A DNA stretch of 64,000 nt from a virus (Duplodnaviria > Caudoviricetes), in IMG/VR virus record IMGVR_UViG_3300037781_000042, positions 1 through 64,000 of that record. One strand, 5' to 3'. Every line of letters starts with the position of its first letter. Position 1 is the stretch's first letter. Under the pieces are notes generated by a model. It had not been told where the DNA came from, ran no database searches, and was given only the letters and a program-made list of their open reading frames with translations. Position numbers and translations under genes: made by a program. Below are positions 56,201 through 64,000 of the stretch, piece after piece.

Positions 56201-58813
56201 TGTTCTATTTATAAAAAAGGAAATACTTGTAAAGAAAATTCTAATGGATTTTTACTTTATAATGATAGTACTTCTACTGATGTAGAACAATATTATAGAG
56301 GATTCCAATCTTCTATTGAATTGAATACAGGAAGTTTAAAAAATGTTATAGATGGAAATACTTTAGATTATAGTCAATCTGATGATGGTTTAGATTATAC
56401 AAATAATATAATTTTAACAGAAACTTTAAGTATTGTAAACCATAAAGAAACTTCTGAAAATGATTTATTTTTATACGGGTACAATTTATTTGAAAAATTT
56501 GATGATCCTACAAATTCTGATTATCAAACAATATTAGAAAATTTAAGAGATTCTAATAATGAATTATACGTTTATTTAGATTTCTTATTATATGAAGATA
56601 CAGATAGAGTTGGAAATACTTTAACTATAGATACTCAAGAAGGGTCTAAGATTCCGCATGAACCTCTTACAGAAGATTTTGATTATGGAGTATGGTTAGT
56701 AGATAAAGATTCATATCAATTTAAAAATATGAAAAAATGGAATCGTATAGATTTAAATTCATATTTAACAGCCGAAACTTTATCAAGTACAAGTAAGACA
56801 TATAAAATTTATAATGGATCTACTAGTTATTCTACAAATACTGTTACAGATTGTTATAAAGTAACTTCTGTAATGTTGAAATATAATGCATTTACGGATG
56901 GAGGAGAACCTTTAGGAGTAGATGGTTATTGGGATGTAGTAGAAATTAATAAAGAATTAAAAGATATAAATATTTCAGCAGATTCTTATTATCCTATTAA
57001 ACCTACTAGAGATGTTCTTATAGATTCTGTATCTGCTACAGAAGAAGAATTAAATAAATTGTATACTTGGGGGTCTCCTGGAGTGTCTTTAGATACTTCT
57101 ACATTTACTGTAGAATGGGATTTCTCTAAAGATTTTATTGGATCTAATTATAACGAATTTATTTATAAAGCTAAATATTATAATTGGTCAAATTCTTCTT
57201 TTGATGAATTTACTACAGGAGGCGGATGGTCAGGTACAATAAATCGAGAAATGTATAATCCTAATACAGAATCTTGGGTAGATGTAAGTTCTGATGAATT
57301 TGATATTGATACCAATAAAGTAGATTGTGACACTGATACCTATACAAAATTAAGATATACGTGTTCAAATGGTAATGGTGCAGGAACTATTACTTTAAAT
57401 ACAATGGCCGTTGTAGTAGATTTAGGATGTATGGCAGACTGTTGTTGGGAAAAAATTGGAACACAGGATTGTGGAAGTTGTGGATGCAATGACTCCACAG
57501 ATTGTGATGAGGTTACTACAGTAGATTACGCTGGATATTTAGATGATACTTATTATAATACTCATCCTAAACCGCTTTCATTAAAATCTGTGTCTTGTGA
57601 AGATGCTCCATCTTGTTTTGAAGTTCCTTTCAGCTTTGTTGAAAATACATATTCATCTGATATTAATTATCACAACAGTGTTAGAAATTCTAAATATGGA
57701 TGGGACAAATATGATAATGACCAGATAGTAGAAATAGGATATAATGATGGATTAGGTGATTTTTGGATAACATATAAACTTAAAAAAGGGGTAACTATAT
57801 GTACTGATGGTCTTCATACAAAAACTATAGATTATGGAGATACTGTTTATACTTACGTTTCAGAAGATGGAACAACTTGGTATGATTGGGCAACCCCATC
57901 AAATAGAACTGATTTTGAAGATTGTAATGAAAAGAAAGTAAGATACATTAAGATAGAATCTGAAGGTACTTTTGATTTAGAATACATTTATTTAAATGCT
58001 AAAAATTGTGGTGATGGGTGTTGTTATTCTTCAGCTAGACCAGATAATTATCATTATGAAGATACTTACAGTGCAGTTCAAGTTTATTATATTGGGGATT
58101 CCGTAAACTATAATGATAACATTTATATTAATCAATCAGATGAACCTTTAATCGGTGTTACTCCGGGAACAGGAGATTGGTCTTATTTTGCAAATTCAGA
58201 TCCTACAGGACTAGTTGGGCCTCAAGGTAACCAAGGAGTAAATGGTTCTAATGGTAACCAGGGTAACCAAGGGAATCAGGGTTCTGGAGGAGATACTGGT
58301 AATCAAGGTAACCAAGGTAACCAGGGATTGGTTGGTGCATCTGGTGGAGGATGGGATGAAGAGGAAATAGTCACTTCTCAAGAAACTTTTACAACAGCAA
58401 CGTTAAGTACATCATCTGCGTTAGATATATCTTCCGGTTTACCTGCATCTGGAGTAGGCGAAACTTTATATGAGATAGAATTTAAATTGGCATTAGATGT
58501 TCAAGGCGCTTTAACCGGATATAAAATTGAAATAGAAGGAACACAAAATCATAATAGCGATATAACTTATTTATGTTCTGAAGGAGGTTCATTGTCAGGT
58601 AATTATGTTATCAATAGTATGACGTCTGATATATTTACAGCTACTGTACCTAACTTTACAGGAAAGTTCTTTGTTGAAGGTTCAGGTGTAATAGAAACTG
58701 CTGCTTTAGCATCTGATGTTAGAGTTCAAATAGCATGTGACGATGATACAGGTCCAAATCAAATTCAATTGAATAATGGAAGTTATTTAAGATTAAAGAA
58801 TATTTCACCTTAA
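53285..58813 (+). CDS. Giant collagen-like virion fibre protein
   Basis: 1842 aa. About 195 G-X-Y triplets (53798-55564), a long beta-rich Cys-containing region, and a short second collagen block (58208-58345). Confidence 0.85.
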   Translation: MAIFNKADQLYKHLLNKKLTSSNKDYYEEVTDSRIGNIAAQYIWADNISETPPVSTTATIQVYTDKILKEDPTVDDSRVWSAVTDHSIDHDFSARSDGSNPRLANWIPPQFGEDYRIVIKDSLGNELSRYTDWLFDYETGTLVFADTPPVNRPFSVTGYRYIGNLGITSATGFTGAQGAQGPQGNQGNQGWQGIPGSATATGAQGNQGNQGDFGPQGWQGNQGNQGNQGNQGWQGNAGTIGADGVQGNQGNQGWQGFGGVPGPTGAQGWQGNQGNQGWQGSKGDQGIRGFQGNQGNQGWQGNQGNQGWQGIPGSATATGAQGNEGPQGGIGPQGNQGNQGWQGNQGNQGWQGSGVQGNQGNQGNQGWQGSGVQGSQGNQGWQGNQGNQGWQGSGVQGNQGWQGFKGDKGNQGNKGNQGDFGPTGVQGNQGNQGWQGSIGFQGNQGWQGEKGDTGDTGDQGVQGNQGNQGWQGSGVQGSQGLKGNQGNQGWQGSKGDIGLQGWQGSKGDTGDTGDQGVQGNQGNQGRRGFQGLVGNQGNQGWQGNQGWQGEIGPTGSTGVQGNQGNQGNQGLKGNQGNQGWQGEIGPTGPTGDQGVQGNKGNQGNQGRRGFQGLVGNQGNQGWQGNQGNQGNQGWQGLKGDTGVQGNQGNQGWQGFKGDTGVQGTQGNQGWQGEIGPTGSTGVQGSQGLRGYQGNQGWQGNAGTDGNQGNQGNQGNQGNQGWQGLIGLQGVQGNQGNQGNQGNVGFQGNQGNQGNQGNQGPLTLAGDNWAYNTKTIYGYGAPCTYEPPLLKFEGSLVGAEVSLKDEHFVDTDVTLSGSLTKKHFYYDLNFKWNGDSDNHSNASDVDEIYIGVYFYNNDDSVYELVDSYRASADENLDYSLQTRAAFYPTDDTKTSRFKIILSTSSTFTTTSTITPNANLDKFLFEFNVYEVAIGSYRGFSSGGPGFQKYQAIVASGINVPESNTGDTYVDMSDCSIYKKGNTCKENSNGFLLYNDSTSTDVEQYYRGFQSSIELNTGSLKNVIDGNTLDYSQSDDGLDYTNNIILTETLSIVNHKETSENDLFLYGYNLFEKFDDPTNSDYQTILENLRDSNNELYVYLDFLLYEDTDRVGNTLTIDTQEGSKIPHEPLTEDFDYGVWLVDKDSYQFKNMKKWNRIDLNSYLTAETLSSTSKTYKIYNGSTSYSTNTVTDCYKVTSVMLKYNAFTDGGEPLGVDGYWDVVEINKELKDINISADSYYPIKPTRDVLIDSVSATEEELNKLYTWGSPGVSLDTSTFTVEWDFSKDFIGSNYNEFIYKAKYYNWSNSSFDEFTTGGGWSGTINREMYNPNTESWVDVSSDEFDIDTNKVDCDTDTYTKLRYTCSNGNGAGTITLNTMAVVVDLGCMADCCWEKIGTQDCGSCGCNDSTDCDEVTTVDYAGYLDDTYYNTHPKPLSLKSVSCEDAPSCFEVPFSFVENTYSSDINYHNSVRNSKYGWDKYDNDQIVEIGYNDGLGDFWITYKLKKGVTICTDGLHTKTIDYGDTVYTYVSEDGTTWYDWATPSNRTDFEDCNEKKVRYIKIESEGTFDLEYIYLNAKNCGDGCCYSSARPDNYHYEDTYSAVQVYYIGDSVNYNDNIYINQSDEPLIGVTPGTGDWSYFANSDPTGLVGPQGNQGVNGSNGNQGNQGNQGSGGDTGNQGNQGNQGLVGASGGGWDEEEIVTSQETFTTATLSTSSALDISSGLPASGVGETLYEIEFKLALDVQGALTGYKIEIEGTQNHNSDITYLCSEGGSLSGNYVINSMTSDIFTATVPNFTGKFFVEGSGVIETAALASDVRVQIACDDDTGPNQIQLNNGSYLRLKNISP
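53798..55564 (+). repeat. Coding tandem repeat (collagen G-X-Y block 2)
   Basis: ggtaaccaa / ggatggcaa units. Confidence 0.9.
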
Positions 58814-58836
58814 AATTATAGACTAAACTAAATTTT

Positions 58837-58845
58837 AATATATAG
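58837..58845 (+). promoter_or_regulatory. Putative late promoter AATATATAG
   Basis: Exact motif before the protease gene. Confidence 0.65.
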
Positions 58846-58894
58846 ATTATATTTTAAAATAAAAAATCTTCATTGAAGATTAGTAAAAAAAGAA

Positions 58895-60862
58895 ATGAAA
58901 AAACCACTATTAATATTACAAAAACACGATTTTCTTATTGAAAGTACGGAGTACAATCAACAAGAAGGTACGATGATTTTAGAAGGTACTTTTGCAGTAT
59001 TTGATAAAGTAAATAATAATTCTAGAATTTATGAAGCGGCTGCTTATTTACCTCATTTGAAGTATTTGCAGGAAAAAGCAAAAAGAAGAAAATTGTATGG
59101 TGAAATAGATCATCCTGATAGATTTGATGTTGCTTTATCTAAAGCATCTCACTTAGTTGAATCTATTTGGCACGATCCTAAAACTAATACAATTAAAGGA
59201 AGAGTTAAATTATTAAAAACTAAATATGGCGATCATATTAAAGGAATTATAGAGTCTGGAGGAGTAGTAAGTATTTCATCTAGATCTGCTGGTTCTGTAA
59301 ATGAAAGTACTAGAAAAGTTGATATTAAAAGAATATTTACTTATGATTTTGTTGGTGAAGGAGGTTTTGGAAACAGTGCTGAATTAAGTTTAGTAAATGA
59401 AAGCTTTAATGTAGAAGATCCGAACGTATCTATTTACGAAGTATCTGATGAATTTATTGCTAATACTAAGGAGCCAGAAATTAAAAGTTTTATAAATGAA
59501 ATGTTAGTTGAATTAAACCCAGAAGAACAAGGGGTTTTAAATGAAACTAAATATATAGATAAAGATTCAAATAAACAAAAACAAAATACAATGAAAGAAA
59601 ATTTCGTAACCAAAGAACAGATGAAAGGTTACTCTGAAATGGTTAAAGAAAATTTTGATAATCTAAAAAATAAAGTTAACGAATTATCTAAAGGAACAAC
59701 TGATAAAGCTCTTTTAGAAAATTATAATGAAGTTAAAGCTGAAATTTCTAAGATTATTGAATATTCTGAGCATATAGCAGAGAACTTTAATAATAACGAA
59801 ACTACAGTAGAAAAGTTAAAATCTTTTGTTAATTATTTAGCAGAAAATTTAAATAAAGTAATTAATTATTCTGATTACTTATCTTCTACTATAGGAAAAG
59901 ATATTCAATCGTTAAGAGAAGAAAACGAAAAAATAATCCAGTATTCTAATTACATTGCTGAAAATGTTGAAAATAACATTAAATATTCAGAGTATTTAGC
60001 AGAAGGATTAAATGATGTTGTAGATCATAACGATTATATTGCTGAGAATGTAAATAAAAACAGACAATATTCTGAATATCTAGCTGAACACATTAATAAT
60101 AATATTGAGTATTCTGAATACGTTGCTGAAAATGTAAACAAAGCAATTCAGTATTCTGAATATTTAGCAGAAAATGTAAATAAAAATATTGAGTATTCTG
60201 AGTATGTTGCTGAGAATGTAAACAAAGCAATTGAATATTCAAATTATATTTCAGAAAATTTAGATAAATCTATTCAGTATTCTGAATATATTGCAGAGAA
60301 CGCACTACCTTCTTTACCAAATAAAGAAGTAAATGAATCTCTATCTGAAAAAATGACTTCTTTCTTAACATCAGTTGAAAAACAAAAAACTGAAATTAAC
60401 AAGAAAAAGCATTTAACATCTTTCTTGACTGAAGCTAATCAGGAAAAATTTGAAAAATTACCTGAAACTGATAAACAAAAAGTTTTAGTTGCTGTATTAG
60501 AAAATCAATGTCAAAATGAAGAAGATGTTTTAAAGGTTTGGGAACAAATTTTAACTACTCCTGAGAGAGCTAGATTAAAATTCATTTTCGAACACATGCC
60601 GGCAAGCGTAAAAGCTGGATGGGATAACTTAGATGAAGCTAAACAACATAAGCTTTTAGAGAAATCTAAATTCTTTGATTTGAGCAGCTCTATTAAAGTT
60701 AAGGATTTTTGGATGAAATCAGGATTGATTCAAAAAGAATCTCCATTAGATAAAATTAATGAGAGTCTTTCACAATCATCTTTATATTCACCATCTAATG
60801 ATTCTAAAGATACGACAAAGAAATTAGGATATTCGATCGATAGATTTAAAGATTTATTGTAA
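58895..60862 (+). CDS. gp21: Prohead protease (T4 gp21-like) fused to a scaffold/core domain (gp22-like)
   Basis: N-terminus has LEGTF....VNNNSRIY, YGEIDHPD, ASHLV, GRVKLL.T..G and SISSRSAGSV. The C-terminal helical region has 14-aa YSEY[LVI]AE repeats. Lies directly upstream of the MCP. Confidence 0.85.
   Translation: MKKPLLILQKHDFLIESTEYNQQEGTMILEGTFAVFDKVNNNSRIYEAAAYLPHLKYLQEKAKRRKLYGEIDHPDRFDVALSKASHLVESIWHDPKTNTIKGRVKLLKTKYGDHIKGIIESGGVVSISSRSAGSVNESTRKVDIKRIFTYDFVGEGGFGNSAELSLVNESFNVEDPNVSIYEVSDEFIANTKEPEIKSFINEMLVELNPEEQGVLNETKYIDKDSNKQKQNTMKENFVTKEQMKGYSEMVKENFDNLKNKVNELSKGTTDKALLENYNEVKAEISKIIEYSEHIAENFNNNETTVEKLKSFVNYLAENLNKVINYSDYLSSTIGKDIQSLREENEKIIQYSNYIAENVENNIKYSEYLAEGLNDVVDHNDYIAENVNKNRQYSEYLAEHINNNIEYSEYVAENVNKAIQYSEYLAENVNKNIEYSEYVAENVNKAIEYSNYISENLDKSIQYSEYIAENALPSLPNKEVNESLSEKMTSFLTSVEKQKTEINKKKHLTSFLTEANQEKFEKLPETDKQKVLVAVLENQCQNEEDVLKVWEQILTTPERARLKFIFEHMPASVKAGWDNLDEAKQHKLLEKSKFFDLSSSIKVKDFWMKSGLIQKESPLDKINESLSQSSLYSPSNDSKDTTKKLGYSIDRFKDLL
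59550..59558 (+). promoter_or_regulatory. Internal late promoter for a scaffold-only product
   Basis: Exact AATATATAG inside the protease gene, 33 nt before the in-frame ATG 59591, which has an A-rich leader. Confidence 0.55.
59939..60316 (+). repeat. Nine tandem 42-nt (14-aa) coding repeats in the scaffold
   Basis: For example EYSEYVAENVNKAI and QYSEYLAENVNKNI. Confidence 0.85.
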
Positions 60863-60870
60863 GAAATTCT

Positions 60871-60879
60871 AATATATAG
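60871..60879 (+). promoter_or_regulatory. Putative late promoter AATATATAG
   Basis: Exact motif before the major capsid gene. Confidence 0.7.
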
Positions 60880-60918
60880 ATTATAATTTTTAAATAAAAA
60901 CAAATAAAAGAAAATAAA

Positions 60919-62691
60919 ATGAGAGATTATGGAATAGAACTTTCTCCACTATTAGAGAAAGAAGTTTTCGACCAATGGGCTCCAGTACTTAAGGAGACTG
61001 ATATGGTTAACGAAAACGTAGACGCGGAAAGATTGTCTTTGATGACAAAGATTGCGCACAATCAAGCATTAGCTATGAACGAGGCTGATGGCGGATTACC
61101 AAATAATGCAAATTTAGTTGGTATGGGCAACCCTTCTTTTGGTACTACTTTAGGTGGTCAAAATTCATTTGTAACTGGTGATACTGGTTCTGGTGATAAA
61201 TGGGGTTCTCCTTTCGCTATTGCAATGCAAGTAGCTGCTAAGACTGTTGGTTTTGACATTGTAAATACTATCCCGATTTCACAATCTGCTGGTATGATTC
61301 ATTATGTTGATTACTTATATGCAGACGGTAAATTAGATGGTGTTGGAACTGAAGCTCCTACATTATTCAAAATTAATGTAACAGATTTTAGTTCTTTCAG
61401 TGCTGCTGAAGGAGATAAATTCTTTGGTACTTCAACTGGTACAACAGCAATTGCTGCTACTGGTGATGCTACTGGTAATGCTGCTTATTTAGAGTATGTT
61501 GGTCCTTCAAGAAAAACTGGTTACCCAATTTTTAAATTGATTTCAACGGGTACTTTTGAAAATGATGACTATACTAAAACTGATACTTTAACATTAGCTC
61601 AAATTTTTGATGGTGATGCTGGTATGGTTGCTGCAGCTAACGAAGATGAAGGAACAAACAGTTTAACTGTTTCAACTCCTAAAGCTGTTACTGCTTCTGC
61701 TGAATATGTAGTTGCAATGGAAGATAACGTTTATGGTTATGCTAACGGTGCTGGAGGCCAAGCAGGTGTTCAGTATTCAGGCAACTGGATGGACGGTCTT
61801 AACTTAAATGAAGCTGCAAGAAGAGGCGAAGGTGAGTCTGATGACTATAAAGACATGGGAATGAGAGTAACTTCTAAGTATATTGAATGTGGTACTTTCA
61901 AAGTATCTATCTCAGTTACTCAGGAGCAATTACAAGATATGAAGAGAAACTTTGGTTACGACATCGTATCTAAAGCTCAAAACGCTCTTGTAAACGAAAC
62001 TTCTCAATCAATTAACAGAAATATCATTTCTAGAGCTTTTGCTTTAGGTTGGACTAACCACTTGAACAGTAATGTTGCTGAAGGTGTTAACTTTAACTTA
62101 GCATTAGATCCAACTTATACAACTGCTAACGTAAATGCAACGTATAAGAAAAATGATAACACTAATGGTTCATTAGTAATTCCTGTATTTGGTACTTACT
62201 CTTCAGCTTCAGCATCAGCTGAAACTCAAGATTCTAACATCAAGAGAATTGTTAACAGAATAATCCAAGTTTCTAACTTCATTGCTCACAGAGGTAGATT
62301 AGGTGGAGCTACTGGTATTGTAACTAATGGTCAAGTTGCTGCGGCACTTCAATCAGTTGCTAATTATTCAGCTGCATCTTTTGATAATAAACTTGGTACT
62401 CCAGGTTCATTATACCCTGCAGGTTCAATCTTAGGAATGACTATTTATGTTGATCCTAATATGAAATGGAATGACAACAGAGTTTGTGTATTCAGAAAAG
62501 GTACTAATGATGATCCAGGACTTAAGTTTTTACCATATGTCCTTGCTGAGAGCGTTTCAGTTATTAACCCTAATACTGCTGCTCCAAGATTGTTTGTAAT
62601 GTCAAGATATGCATTAACTGAGTATGGTCAACATCCAGAAATGCAATATGTAACATTCTATATCAAAGCAGGTACTAACGGTTTAGGTTAA
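60919..62691 (+). CDS. gp23: Major capsid protein (T4 gp23-like)
   Basis: QWAPVL, MNE/A probable maturation site, TIPISQSAGMI, SVTQEQLQDMKRNFGYD, EINR-like SINRNII, GMTIYVDP and GLKFLPYV..SRYAL. Confidence 0.9.
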   Translation: MRDYGIELSPLLEKEVFDQWAPVLKETDMVNENVDAERLSLMTKIAHNQALAMNEADGGLPNNANLVGMGNPSFGTTLGGQNSFVTGDTGSGDKWGSPFAIAMQVAAKTVGFDIVNTIPISQSAGMIHYVDYLYADGKLDGVGTEAPTLFKINVTDFSSFSAAEGDKFFGTSTGTTAIAATGDATGNAAYLEYVGPSRKTGYPIFKLISTGTFENDDYTKTDTLTLAQIFDGDAGMVAAANEDEGTNSLTVSTPKAVTASAEYVVAMEDNVYGYANGAGGQAGVQYSGNWMDGLNLNEAARRGEGESDDYKDMGMRVTSKYIECGTFKVSISVTQEQLQDMKRNFGYDIVSKAQNALVNETSQSINRNIISRAFALGWTNHLNSNVAEGVNFNLALDPTYTTANVNATYKKNDNTNGSLVIPVFGTYSSASASAETQDSNIKRIVNRIIQVSNFIAHRGRLGGATGIVTNGQVAAALQSVANYSAASFDNKLGTPGSLYPAGSILGMTIYVDPNMKWNDNRVCVFRKGTNDDPGLKFLPYVLAESVSVINPNTAAPRLFVMSRYALTEYGQHPEMQYVTFYIKAGTNGLG

Positions 62692-62724
62692 TCCTAAATC
62701 TACTGTAAAGTAGATATAAAATAT

Positions 62725-62761
62725 AAATCCTCTAGTAGTTAATTCTGCTAGAGGATTTTTT
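62725..62761 (+). terminator. Rho-independent terminator after the MCP gene
   Basis: aaatcctctagtag / ctgctagaggattt stem followed by a T run. Confidence 0.75.
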
Positions 62762-62935
62762 ATTTGTATTGAGGTGTCTGGGTGATCCCAGAGGTGTTTA
62801 TATAATAAGGTATAGTTACATATAGTTTTAATATTCAAACACTACTGGAGGTGAACCTGTGATAAGAGCATAATAAAACCCACTATAATTAAATAGCAGG
62901 TTTTATTGAGTTACGATAGAACTAATCGAAAATTA

Positions 62936-64000
62936 TTAAGTTGATATTGATTTTCCTGCTAATTTGTTTTGAATAGTCTTTTTAACTGAACTTTCATTAA
63001 CAACATATATTCTAAAACCTTTAACTCTATTATTTTTATTTTCAGATTTATCCATATCATTAGACATATATTCTGTAAACGGTTCTAGAATTTGATTATC
63101 AGGATTTTTATAAATGTATAGAGTATCACAGTCAGGATTATTTTTATTCCATATTTCTATTATTTCATCAATAGTAGGTGCTTCAATTGCAACACATTCA
63201 AAATTCATTTTTGAAATATTTTCTGAAGAGAAAGTAGATTCTTTTACAAATACTGGATCTAATGAATATTTTCCTTCAGAATTATAATAAAAAGTTTGAA
63301 TCTTATTCTCAATAACTTTTACATTTTTTGCATTTAAACTACGTGCTTGAATATCAGCTATTTGTGTATCAACGTATTGAGAATTTGATTGTTGATTCTT
63401 AGGTAAAACTTTCTCTTTAACTATACGTTCAGGAATACATTTTAAACGAAATCTATCAAAAGCATTATCTAAAATTTTTCCTTCCTGTTTTACATAGTAT
63501 AAAGTATCACAATTAGGATTATTTCTATTCCAGTATTTTACAATATCTTTTCTAGATTTTCCTATATAAGTAGGTGCTTCCAATATATAAGTTGTTTCTG
63601 GACCTTCCCCCTTTCTTATTTTATTGTTTTTAGAATCATAATGAAATTGTTGCATTTGATTTACTTCAACTAAATTTATTGCATTTAATCCTAATTTTTG
63701 AAGAAGTCTAAATTCAGAATAAACATCATTTGTAATATCTTCTTCTAATTCTTCTAATTCTTCTTTAGAATTTAAAATTTTAATTGGTCTATCACCTAAC
63801 CAAATAATTTTTTCTCCTATTAAAGAATTAATTCCTTCATAAAAAACTTGGTCCTCTAATTCTGCATCTTTTATACATTTATCAAACATATAATTTTTAC
63901 AGCATTGATCAAAACTTCTCGATGGATCAGAATTATTGCTTTCATAAAACCAAAATTCAACCCATTTTCCAGAATAGTTTATTTTTTGAATAGTGTATGT
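62936..64000 (-). CDS. Hypothetical protein with an internal domain duplication, 5'-truncated by the window edge
   Basis: The frame stays open from 63889 to 64000. Two copies of EAPT....I..YWN.NNP.CDTLY..K. Confidence 0.7.
   Translation of the reverse strand, partial: TYTIQKINYSGKWVEFWFYESNNSDPSRSFDQCCKNYMFDKCIKDAELEDQVFYEGINSLIGEKIIWLGDRPIKILNSKEELEELEEDITNDVYSEFRLLQKLGLNAINLVEVNQMQQFHYDSKNNKIRKGEGPETTYILEAPTYIGKSRKDIVKYWNRNNPNCDTLYYVKQEGKILDNAFDRFRLKCIPERIVKEKVLPKNQQSNSQYVDTQIADIQARSLNAKNVKVIENKIQTFYYNSEGKYSLDPVFVKESTFSSENISKMNFECVAIEAPTIDEIIEIWNKNNPDCDTLYIYKNPDNQILEPFTEYMSNDMDKSENKNNRVKGFRIYVVNESSVKKTIQNKLAGKSIST

Noticed and set aside
62692-62935. tRNA or structured ncRNA in the intergenic gap after the MCP gene
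   Set aside because: Only short hairpins are present, consistent with terminators for the two convergent genes. There is no cloverleaf or T-loop consensus.
1-64000. Stop-codon reassignment (code 15 or 4), as seen in some large phages
   Set aside because: Genes are full length under code 11, and TAG and TGA end conserved genes at the expected positions, often in tight overlaps.

Overview
This is a 64-kb, very AT-rich, densely coding segment of a large T4-like (myovirus-type, probably jumbo) bacteriophage genome read with the standard code. Both window ends cut through ORFs. Virion and packaging genes include tail tube, neck, terminase, a fused prohead protease/scaffold, the major capsid protein, two giant collagen-like fibre proteins and three RCC1-repeat proteins. 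Replication and nucleotide genes include UvsW, a probable UvsY, primase, RNase H, ThyX, a dCMP-hydroxymethylase-type enzyme and a dNMP kinase. Host-takeover genes include an S1-like ribosomal protein, a CCA-adding enzyme, an RNA ligase, DnaJ, ClpP and an SPFH protein, alongside many small hypothetical ORFs. Three promoter-like motif classes are readable directly: AATATATAG before structural genes (late), (A/T)AAACT-N17-TATAAT (probably middle) and a long AT-rich repeat ending in TTATATTAC (probably early). The most notable inferred system is capsid cargo loading. At least seven genes downstream of the late motif begin with a peptide resembling the T4 capsid-targeting sequence ([YF]xE[FY][ILV]xE). 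These include an ADP-ribosyltransferase-like and a nucleotidyltransferase-like protein. The scaffold domain is itself built from tandem 14-aa copies of the same peptide and has its own internal late promoter and start codon. All protein family calls come from motif recognition by eye, not database searches. No tRNA, rRNA, CRISPR array or integrase/transposase was seen.
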